Shown piece after piece: positions 1-8,697 of a stretch of 11,639 nt of DNA; the stretch's first letter is position 1; each line of letters starts with the position of its first letter. The translations under genes and the position numbers were made by a program. The notes below the pieces were generated by a model that was given only the letters and a program-made list of their open reading frames with translations, had not been told where the DNA came from and did not search any database. The DNA is from Octopus sinensis (lineage: Eukaryota). The stretch covers positions 1 to 11,639 of the forward strand of contig NW_021826941.1 in assembly GCF_006345805.1 (NCBI RefSeq). The letters are read 5' to 3'.

Positions 1-151
1 TATATATTTTTATACGTTTTTATAGCGTTTGTAAATTCTTGAGCGATAGCCATATTCACATTTAGAAAGAAGGCAATTATGCAATATTTCATAAATAATT
101 AGAGGATTGCAAAAAACTGAGTCGCCAAGATTATATTTTATCAGTCCCATT

Positions 152-217
152 TTAAATGCGGAGTATGCGTTTGTTAAATGCGGAGTATGCGTTTGTTAAA
201 TGCGGAGTATGCGTTTG
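152..217. repeat. Perfect tandem repeat, 22-bp unit TTAAATGCGGAGTATGCGTTTG x3
   Basis: Three identical units at 152-173, 174-195 and 196-217. Confidence 0.97.
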
Positions 218-885
218 TTTCTATGATAAACATCTCATACAGTTAGTTTGCATCAATTAGATTGTAGAGAGATAGGTATTCAGTAAAATTTTGGTGAGTT
301 CAATTAAGTGAAGTACTTATGTTGAACTAATCCACTTACTACACCACTTCACCAAATGTTTGGCATTGTAGCACAATCTATATTAGATTGATTATTTGAC
401 AGAATCGATACTACGACATACAAATTGCGATCAATTTAGGTTTCTTTAAAGATTGAGTTCAAATCTCAGTTTCTCTTTGAAAGAGCGGCAGGTTTTGGCT
501 AATAGATGGCTAAAGGCATTACAACATACTGTCAGTCTGTCTGTCTGCCTGTCTCCCTCCCTCCCCATCCCCATCTCTCTCCTTGTTCTGAGTTTAAACA
601 ACAGTTCCTGAGGATCAACAGTCTAGTTTTGTAAAAATTCGTGGAGAATTCATTAGTTTATTTATCTCCTTAACCACTTCATAAACTGTAAAAGGATTTG
701 CTAAGTTTAGCAGCAAATGAAGAAAGACGAAAATGAATAAAATAAAAAAATTAAAAAAAAAAGATCAAGAGGGAAGAAGAATACTTCAACTTTGAGAAGA
801 AGTACTTAACTTTTAAATATTTATTAACACTTATTATCTACAAAGCGCCTAATTGGGGCTAATTAGTGTGTGGAGGGTTTGGATT

Positions 886-1121
886 TTCTCTTCTTCTTCT
901 TCTTCTTCTTCTTCTTCTTTTCTTATTCTTCTTCTTCTTCTTCTTCTTCTTCTTTCTTCTTCTTCCTTCTTCTTCTTTCTTCTTCTTCTCTTCTTCTTCT
1001 TCTTCTTCTTCTTCTTCTTCTTCTTCTTCTTCTTCTTCTTCTTCTCTTTCCTTCCTCCTCCTTCCTTCATCAACATCATCATCGTCGTTATCGTATAATC
1101 ACACCACCACCACCACCACCA
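886..1121. repeat. Compound microsatellite: long (TTC)n tract (~886-1044) followed by short CCT/ATC/ACC runs
   Basis: Read directly from the sequence. It explains the poly-K/E/R/F/S/L ORFs at 849-1171. Confidence 0.98.
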
Positions 1122-1124
1122 ACC

Positions 1125-1310
1125 CCACTATTCTGCACGTGATCAGAGATGCACATATCGTCAGCCACTAAGGGACATGCTCAACTGGTTAAGGTCAAAC
1201 AACTGACAAGCAAATCTGTGGTATTGAGCAGAATATTTGCTGTAGCCCATATTTTATACCAGGACAAAACAATGTACATGAAACACTCCAATCAGTTAAG
1301 ATCAGAAGCC
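1125..1310. mobile_element. Probable fragment of an interspersed repeat adjoining a (TTA)n array
   Basis: Normal-complexity island between two microsatellites, ending abruptly at (TTA)n. It resembles a repeat I recall next to (AAT)n arrays in octopus sequence; this is recollection only and unverified. Confidence 0.35.
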
Positions 1311-1331
1311 ACTTATTATTATTATTATATT

Positions 1332-1366
<35 letters not shown>

Positions 1367-1403
1367 TATTATTATTATTATATTATCATATTATATTATT
1401 CAT
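1311..1403. repeat. Compound (TTA)n/(ATC)n microsatellite; its right part serves as the tail or target of the minus-strand LINE copy
   Basis: Read directly. Abuts the LINE 3' terminus at 1404. Confidence 0.95.
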
Positions 1404-2165
1404 CAGTAGTATATTTTTTATATCGTGCTTTCACTTCACTACCGAGCGCAGCTCTGTGTGCCTTGGGTATGTGCTGTGTGATATGTTGTGATGCTCTGAT
1501 GGTTATTGTATGGAAAGTGTTCTGCGTAGGATGTGTGCAGTGTCTAGTAGTGCAATTTTCTGTATATTATATGTGTTTGTAAGTCCTGGTGTTTTTGTTA
1601 TGTATTTGTCTGAAATTTTTTTATCATGCCTAATGCACCTATTATGATAGGAATTGTTTCTGTTTTAGATTCTACATTCTGGTTACATTCTATTTCCAGG
1701 TCTTAACTATTTGAAAGTTTCTCCATTTCTTTTAGAGACAGTTGTCATCCGCTGGTATTGATACATCAATTAGAAAACATTTCTTTCTTCATGATCTTGA
1801 CAACTATATCTGGGTGTTGGCCTTAATTTCTCTATCTGTGTGTATTGGCATATCCCAGAGTATTGGTTGCTTTCTAGTTTTCTGTGACCTTTTCTGGTCT
1901 GTGCCTATACCATCTTTTTTCTGTTGGTATCCATAATGTTGGCATAGTTTCCAGTGTATATAGGCCCCAAATCTGTCGTGTCTGTGAATATATTCCTTCT
2001 TAGCCAGGACTGGGCAGCCAGAGATAATATGATTTATTGTTTCTTGCCCCATCTCCACATATTCTGCAGTTACTTGTTATATCTTTTCATTACATTTTTG
2101 GTAATTTCTGGTGGGGAGGCTTTGGTCTTGTGCTGCAATTAAAAATCCTTCTGTCTCTGCTTTTC
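1404..2165 (-). mobile_element. R4/Dong-like non-LTR retrotransposon, 5'-truncated 3' fragment (zinc-knuckle region, REL endonuclease, 3' UTR), frameshifted
   Basis: Across frameshifts the minus strand reads AETEGFLIAAQDQSLPTRNYQ...QETINHIISGCPVLAKKEYIHRHDRFGAYIHWKLCQHYG...ILWDMPIHTDREIKAN-PDIVVKDH..CFLIDVSIP..KEMEKLS...PGLTNTYNIQKIALLDTAHILRRTLSIQ*. It contains RHD and the PD (1808-1813)...D...K REL motif. 1404-1588 is ~96% identical by eye to the reverse complement of 3941-4123. Confidence 0.9.
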
Positions 2166-2166
2166 A

Positions 2167-4123
2167 GGGTTACTTTGGCACATCCTCTAATCCAAATCCT
2201 GAAACTTTAACAGCATATAGCAGAGCCAGAGGACAATGCATGAATGGCTCACGAAGGGGAAAAACCATCTTAATTCCCAAAATCAAATGAAACAACAAAA
2301 CCAGAAAACTACAGACCAATAACCTGCCTCTCCTACTATGTTCAAGGCATTTACTGCAGTGATATCGCAAAGGCTGAAAAGCACCTGGACGAAAACAAAC
2401 TGTTCCCAGAAGAGCAGAAAGGATGCCGCAAGGGTATATGGCTGTAAAGATCAACTAATGATTAATAAAGCCGTAACTGAAGACAGCCACAGAAAGAAGA
2501 AAGGCCTCAGTATGGCTGGATTGACTACAAAAAGGCCGTTGATAGCACCCCCCACACATGGATCCTCGAAACACTAGCTATTAACAAAAGTTAGCACCAA
2601 CAATCATAAAAATTCATAGAGCACTCTATGAATAAATGGCAAACAGTCCTACAGCTCCAAACAAAAGAGGACTCATGAAAACCAAAGACATCCCCATTAG
2701 AAGAGGAATATTCCAGGGAGACATGCTCTCTCCACTCCTTTTCTGCTTGGCACTGTCACCTCTATCTGATATGCTAAATAGAACTGGATGCGGATATAAA
2801 TGTTACGGCAAAACGATCAGCCACCTTTTATATATGGATGACCTAAAACTATACGCTGCAAATGACCAAACAGCTGGAAACACTATTAAAGACAGTTCAT
2901 GGATTTACCAAAGAAATAGATATGAAATTGGATTAGAAAAATGCGCCAAAGTAACCATGAAAAGAGGACAAAGGGAAAACTAGTTAAGAGTAACAACATC
3001 ACACTAGATAAAACCCATGAAATAAAAGAATTAGACCAAAGCCAAACTTACAAATACTTAGGAATCCATGAACTAGATAAGACACAACACACACAAATGA
3101 AAGAGGAGGAAATAAAAAAAGAAATTATAGACGAGTTAGATCAATACTAAAAACAGAGCTCAATGCTAAAAACAAGATAATATGTATCAACACTTTAGCT
3201 GTCCCAGTTATAAGTTACAGCTACAATATCCTTAACTGGACACGAAATGAACTGTCCAAAATAGATAGGAAAACAAGAAAAATACTGACAGGATCTAGGA
3301 TGCATCACCCAAAATCTGACATAGAAAGACTATATATAAACGTATAGAAGGTGGTAGAGGCCTTATACAGCTGGAAAACTACTATAAAATAACCACCATA
3401 GGACTGCAAAAATACCTACTTCAGAAGGAAGGAAAACTGATCCAGATAGCAGCAAAACACGAGCAAACAAAAAAACTGTTCTCAGTATTTAAGGAAGCTG
3501 ACAAATACAAACAAGAAATCATACCACCTAATAAACACAAAGAAGAAGAAGATGAAGAAGAAACAACAAAAGCTATAAAACAAATGAAATCAAACTAAAA
3601 ATAGAACAGCAACGAGCCATGATTAAAACGATGGCAAGAAAAACCCCTTCATGGTAAATACTGCACTAAATAACGCAAAAAGAAATAGACAAAGAAAAAT
3701 CAGCAATGGTTGAGAAGCTCAGGACTCAAAGCAGAGAAACATAGGGATTTTTAATTGCAGCACAAGACCAAAGCCTCCCCACCAGAAATTACCAAAAACA
3801 TGTAATGAAAAGAAATATTACAAGTAACTGCAGAATATGTGGAGATGGACAAGAAACAATAAATCATATTACCTCTAGCTGCCCAGTCCTGGCTAAGAAG
3901 GAATATATTCACAGACATGACAGAGTTGGAACCTACATACCAGGACTTACAAACACATATAATATACAGAAAATTGCACTACTAGGCACTGCACACATCC
4001 TACGCAGAACACTTTCCATACAATAACCATCAGAGCATCACAACAAATCACAGCACATACCCAAGGCACACAGAGCTGCGCTCGGTAGTGAAGTGAAAGC
4101 ACGCTATAAAAATAAAACTACTG
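2167..4123 (+). mobile_element. R4/Dong-like non-LTR retrotransposon, 5'-truncated (RT, CCHC, deleted REL core, 3' UTR), multiply frameshifted
   Basis: RT motifs WLTKGKTILIPK, YRPITCL (2310-2330), QGDMLSPLLF (QGD 2714-2722) and HLLYMDDLKLY (YMDD 2831-2842), plus YKYLG. C-x2-C-x8-H-x4-C knuckle at 3829-3882. C-terminus IQKIALLGTAHILRRTL* is typical of R4-clade elements. Ends in an (AAT)6 tail. Clade assignment is from motif recognition, not a database search. Confidence 0.9.
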
Positions 4124-4141
4124 AATAATAATAATAATAAT
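4124..4141 (+). repeat. (AAT)6 tail or target at the LINE 3' end
   Basis: Immediately follows the terminal ...ACTACTG shared by both LINE copies. Confidence 0.9.
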
Positions 4142-4648
4142 GAGGGAATAGAAGAGGAAGATGAAAGCGGAGTAAGAGTTAGTAGATGGTGTAAGTTTTA
4201 TCATAATTAATTGTATGTATCTGACTCTGACGACCTATTTCTGAATGATTAGGAACCAAAGCTCATAAAAGAAAAGTCTCAAGTATTGCTCTTATTTTCT
4301 TTTAATATCAATGGCTGTGTGTATATCCAAGTGAATACTTTGGGGGAAAGTACATACTGATATGCATATAATCAGTGTATTGTGATTTTTTTCTCCCTAT
4401 AACAGTTACAGAAACATATATTAGAGTTGTCTCCTCCTCACCATATTTTTACTTTTTAATCCGCGAAGAATTCCTTTCTGTTTTATTTTCTCAGCCATCA
4501 ACGTTGTAATATAGTAATTTCATATAATTAAGTATTAGTTTGATTACCCTCATTGTCATGAAAATATATTTTAGGGGCTGTCATGTCACTTTGGTAAAAA
4601 CTTTCTCTTTGCAATTCGATTCTGCAACAATTCAATTGTGCTGCTCAC

Positions 4649-4755
4649 CAGGAGTCCAGTGGAAACTTGTTATTCCAGTTGAAATATAATTTTGCAATTT
4701 CGGTTGAAGCTAGTTTCCTGTTTTCTGGAATTGTTCCAAGGGTCCAGAAAGAGAA
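4649..4755 (-). CDS. Candidate internal exon of an unidentified host gene (107 nt; FSFWTLGTIPENRKLASTEIAKLYFNWNNKFPLDS-W)
   Basis: On the minus strand: branch-like CTAAT (4774-4778), T-rich tract and AACAG acceptor, and CTG/GTGAGC donor. Only one frame is open, with stops just outside both splice sites. No recognisable protein family. Confidence 0.3.
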
Positions 4756-4917
4756 CTGTTAAAAAACAGTAGTATTAGTTGCGTAGGACTGTTGCACTCT
4801 CAACATATTTCGGCGATTATCTGGATCAGTTCGACTGTAGCACCCGTTAAGTCTGAATCAAAATTACTGGTGTAGAATTGTGCCAGCATTTCTTGGCAAT
4901 TTTCCATTTTCTTTTAT

Positions 4918-4956
4918 CGTGATGGGTAGCCGTGATGGGTAGCCGTGATGGGTATC
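4918..4956. repeat. Tandem repeat, 13-bp unit CGTGATGGGTAGC x3 (last unit has one substitution)
   Basis: Units at 4918-4930, 4931-4943 and 4944-4956. Confidence 0.95.
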
Positions 4957-5009
4957 CATCTCATATTATTCAAGTTGTGTGTGTTTATATACTCCATCTT
5001 GGAGAATTT

Positions 5010-5353
5010 TTGAAAAATTTTAGTCAAATGAATCGACCCAGGTAATTTTTCCTGTTTAAGCCTGCTGCTTATTCTATCGGTATCTTTTGCCGAACCACTA
5101 GATTCTGAGGACGTAAACACACCAACACCGATTTTCAAGTGATGGGGAGGACAAACAGACACAAACACACACACACATACATATATATACGACAGGTTTC
5201 TTTCAGTTTCCGTCTAGTAAATCCATTCACAAGGCTGTAGTCGGCTTGAGGCTGTAGTAGAAGATACTTGCTTAAGGTGCCATGCAGTGAAACTGACCCT
5301 GGAACCATGTAGTCGAGAACCAAGCTTCTTACCACACAGCTACGCCTGCACCT
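5010..5353 (-). mobile_element. tRNA-derived SINE (octopus-type), diverged copy
   Basis: Minus-strand head AGGTGCAGGCGTAGCTGTGTGGTAAG with an A-box-like TAGCTGTGTGG (5332-5342) and a degenerate B box. Then a CORE-like GGCACCTTAAGCAAGTATCTT segment, an internal (TA)/(TG) microsatellite and a 3' body ending near GGGTCGATT. The 3' boundary is approximate and the family is recognised from memory. Confidence 0.8.
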
Positions 5354-5371
5354 TTAATTATTAATAATATG

Positions 5372-5381
5372 TATTACTATA
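5372..5381. repeat. Target-site duplication of the RTE element, copy 1 (TATTACTATA)
   Basis: Identical 10-mer at 8482-8491. The two copies sit exactly at the element's 3' and 5' ends. Confidence 0.85.
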
Positions 5382-5412
5382 GTCCTTCTTAGCTTCACTT
5401 CGCTGACGAATA

Positions 5413-7830
5413 TTAGGAAGGCTGTTGTCCACATTGTCTGCACGCTCTTTCGTGGCTGATAAGGTCGATGTGGGATCGACATATCCGATTGCAATGATGC
5501 TTGTCTAGGGTCTGATGATGCAGCAGCATTATGTTTTCGCCTCTGACGTTTCTCTTCAAGAGAGGCACTGCGAGAGGTCTCAAAGAAGGAAACAACATCG
5601 CTAATGAATGTCGCAAACGCTCAGGGACTGCGTCAAGGAGTCCTTGTAACGCTTCTTTGGTGCCCCCTGTTGCGGTGGCCAATGGTGAGCTCACCGTACA
5701 TGATGATCTTGAGTAGGCGGTGATCCTTCATCCTGTCAACGTGTCTTGCCCAACGTAATCGTGTCTCAAGTAAAATGGCTTACAGACTGGTGACCTTTGC
5801 TCACTTGAGGACCTCAGTGCTGGTAATGTAGTCGCTATAGTAGATGTGGATGGGACGAAAGCAGCGTTGATGAAAAGGTTCAAGGACTCTGAGATGAGAG
5901 CGTTAGGGGATCAGGACTCAGAGTCATATAGGAGTGTCGAGATGACGGCGGTTCTGTAGACTCTGACTTTTGTGCTGATCTTAAAATGCTTATTATTCCA
6001 CACATACTTGTGCAGTCTACCAAATGCTTTGTTTGCTTTTGAAAGTCTCTTGTCAATTTCTTTGTTGATAATCGCATCTGATAAACTGATACATCCAAGA
6101 TAAGTGACCTGCTGTACCAATTGTTTCGGCAATGATGATGTGGGACATCCTGTACTCTTCCTGAGGAGTTGGTTGGTGTAGGACTTCACACTTTTTCAAG
6201 CTTACTTCCAGCCCGAAGAACTGGGCGGCCTCTGCAAAGCAGAGCGCTGCAGGTCTCTTTCTGCGTGTGCAACAAGTGCAGCATCATCTGCAAAGAGGAG
6301 TTCCTGGATCACTTACTCTTGAGTCTTGGTGTGGGCTAGTAGGCGCCGGACGTTGAAAAGTCTGCCGTCCTGATATAGAGGCCATCTTCAGTGTCGAGGT
6401 CTGTAGTGGCCTGCTTGAGCATCGTGCTGAAGAAGATGCTGAAGAGAGTTGGTGCTAGGACACAGCCCTGCTTCACGCAGTTGTTGATGAGGAATGGCTC
6501 TGATATGTCGCTATTCAGGCGGACTTGTCCTTGCCGGTTTTCGAGAAGTTGAATGATCCTGGTTAGGAGTTTTGGGGGACAGCCAAGTCGGTTTAGTATC
6601 TTCGACAGATATTTCCTGCTCACAGTGTCGAGAGTTTTCGTCAGATCGACGAATGTTATATAACGTGGCTTGTTTTGGTCCCGGCACTTTTCTTGGAGTT
6701 GTTTAAGAATGAAAACTTATCTGTTTTGCTCCTTTTGGATCTGAAATCACATTGGCTTTCTGGAAGACAATGGGCAGAACATCGATTTTATTAAACCAAT
6801 CCTTGTTCTTTTTCTTCGTAAACCCAAGGATTTCTGCAGAGGTCTGTTGGATGGCGGTTTTCAGTTGTTCCCATAGGATGTCTGGCGATTGGATTTATCA
6901 AGCTTTGCCTGTAGTCCGACCTGGAAGTTTACTTTCACTTAGTTTAACTGCCTATTGCTTGTTTTGATTTTTATGTTGGGAGGTCCTGTCTTATTTGTTG
7001 GTTTAGGCTTGAAGTGGAGTTTTGAGTTTGCAACGGATCAGGCGATGGTCAGTATGGCATTCTGCGCTAGGCACCACCCTAGTGTGCATGATGTCGACTG
7101 GTTTCATTGGTGCACTAGGACGTAATCAAGGAGCTGCCAGTATTATGATTGGAGATGCATCCAGGTTGTTTTCAGACTGTCTCTTTGCTGGAAGATGGTA
7201 TTGGTTATAACGAGGTGATGTTCGGAGTAGAACTCAAACAAGTATCGCCCGTTGTCGTTGCAGTTCCCAACCCCGTGCTTTCCAAGGACTTCTTTCCAAG
7301 TTTCTGAATCTCGACCCACTCTGGCGTTGAAATATCCTAGGATTATGACTTCATCATCGGCGGGGGTTCCTGGAGGAGTCTGCACAGGTCTGAGTAGAAA
7401 CATTTACCTTGTCTGCTGGATCTGCTTGGAAGGTCAGAGAGTAAACACTGAAGATTGTGACAATCCGATTGTTTTCCAGAGAAACTCTCATGGAGAGGAT
7501 GCCGTCAGAATGACCTGCTGGTAAGGTTTCCAGCATTGAAGTAATTGGAGTTTCTTTTCATGAAATCGACATCTGAACGGCGTCTTTCTGATGGGGGTTT
7601 GCCTAACTAGTATACGGTGTGCCGGTACCATGTTCTTTCAAGCTGCCTTCCTCTGGGAAGTTCATGTGCAACGAGAACGGATCAGCGTTCTGCGTGACCT
7701 CTGTCACCGGAGTCAAGAATGGTTCTGACGTCCCAACATGCGATCTTCAAACATTTGGCAACATTTGAAGGGAGTTTGGAGTCTTTTCTTTTTGCATTTG
7801 TGCGTATTTGACCGCTTGAAGACGATGTCC
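5413..7830 (-). pseudogene. Disrupted RTE ORF (AP endonuclease + reverse transcriptase + C-terminal Cys/His region)
   Basis: EN motifs: LKIACWDVRTIL, VIILGYFNARVG, GVGNCNDNG, LVITNTIFQQ, TTWMH. RT motifs: LPESQCDFR, FVDLTKTLDTV, VKQGCVLAPTLFSIFF, LLFADDA (FADDA 6280-6294), TYLG, KVRVYRTAVISTLLY. C-terminus CNRICRSHIDLISHERAC. Many stops and frameshifts. The start coordinate is approximate. Confidence 0.9.
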
Positions 7831-8341
7831 GATAGCCGTGATTTGCCAAGTGAATGTGTAAGAAACGAGATTTCTTTAGGCTACCTTTTCTAAGCCCCTG
7901 GACAAGGTTGCTTGGTTGTTCGGAATGCTGCCGAGTGATGTCGTCTCCGAGTCAACACCAAGCGACCAATGTCCTGAATAACTGCATGCATGTTGGGAAT
8001 TGCGGCTTCCAGTAGCATATTCCACCTCCCATTTTCGCCCCCTTCCCATCGTTACAAGGCTTGGAGAGTTGCAATCGTAGTCGTGGACATGGGCTGATAC
8101 TTCGGTTTGTGTGATGGAGTTTTAAGGTGAAGCGCAGTCTGTGCAGAAGTGGCCTTACCCTTTACACCCGGAGTTCATCTGCCGTGGCCCAGCAAGCTGG
8201 GTCGATGACAGAGAGGTCCTCGGGTTGTAGGTTTTATATCGCAGTGTCCTTCTCTTAGACAAGCTACCGATCATGGCTAATTAGTCCCATCTGCTCGGAG
8301 CAGCTTGGTTATACTGCGCCAGACACCCGCTGTCGTCCTCT

Positions 8342-8481
8342 CTTGTTGGTTTAGTTTCAGATGGTATCACGATGAGGTCCAGGTAGGACTTGGGGCTTGC
8401 CTCACTCTTTGGAAGTTTTAGCCCAATATGGTGCTCACCCAACAAGCTTCCGGTGAGTATGTGGACCTCCATTAACCACCT
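8342..8481 (-). ncRNA. HDV-like self-cleaving ribozyme fold at the RTE 5' terminus (degenerate in this copy)
   Basis: P1 AGGTGGT (8481-8475) pairs with ACCATCT (8365-8359), 7 bp. Long J1/2. P2 CTACCTGG (8386-8379) pairs partially with CCAACAAG (8349-8342). P3 ACC/GAT has one mismatch. L3 is TCATCGT. J4/2 ACTAA has a candidate catalytic C at 8354. Copy B (9197-9226) preserves ACC-TCTTCGT-GGT-ACCACCT-GG. Confidence 0.7.
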
Positions 8482-8491
8482 TATTACTATA
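8482..8491. repeat. Target-site duplication of the RTE element, copy 2 (TATTACTATA)
   Basis: Matches 5372-5381 exactly. Confidence 0.85.
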
Positions 8492-8657
8492 ATAGTTCCT
8501 AACATATCGAGACTTTCTCCTTATTATAGTGAAATCTTTGGATTATTTAATCCCTAATGAACCTGACAACCTCGAATTTACAATATATATATAATAAGGT
8601 AAGAACATAGAGAGGGAATTAATAAATTATTATTTATTAATTAAAAAAATGGCAAAC

Positions 8658-8697
8658 GTCCCTCACAGCTGTTTCACTTCCACACCTTCAGAAATTT
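8658..8697 (-). ncRNA. Inverted, more degenerate copy of the hammerhead-like motif
   Basis: Minus strand reads CTGAAGG (8691-8685)-TGTGGAAGT-GAAA-CAGCTG-TG. A9 is changed to G and the cleavage triplet is GTG, so it is expected to be inactive. Confidence 0.35.

Larger units (their letters stand above)
5382..8481 (-). mobile_element. RTE-clade (RTE/BovB-like) LINE with both termini present and internal deletions
   Basis: AP endonuclease and RT remnants, an RTE-type 3' end (...TCGTCAGCGAAGTGAAGCTAAGAAG), a ~650-nt GC-rich 5' UTR, and a flanking 10-bp TSD. Confidence 0.92.

Noticed and set aside
1-27. Similarity of the window start to 10554-10580 (TATTTTTTAYACGTTTTATAGC) as transposon ends
   Set aside because: Low-complexity, direct orientation, and no extension beyond about 25 bp.
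152-217. CRISPR-like array
   Set aside because: The repeats are contiguous with no spacers, and the context is eukaryotic.
849-1171. Four overlapping ORFs rich in K/E/R, F/S/L
   Set aside because: They are translations of the (TTC)n microsatellite.
1589-1955. REL deletion as a spliced-out antisense intron (GT near 1589, CAG at 1952-1954)
   Set aside because: No placement of the observed junction gives both GT and AG ends. It is off by at least one base, and a 2-nt microhomology explains it.
1404-4123. Inverted LINE pair as a missed-adapter foldback read artefact
   Set aside because: The structure is not mirror-symmetric about the junction, and the copies differ by substitutions and a 367-bp deletion. 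Read-level confirmation is still advisable.
8370-8392. Plus-strand GATGAG-GTCC-AGGTA-GGAC as a hammerhead helix II
   Set aside because: It lacks the upstream CUGA and downstream GAAA, and the stem is broken in copy B.
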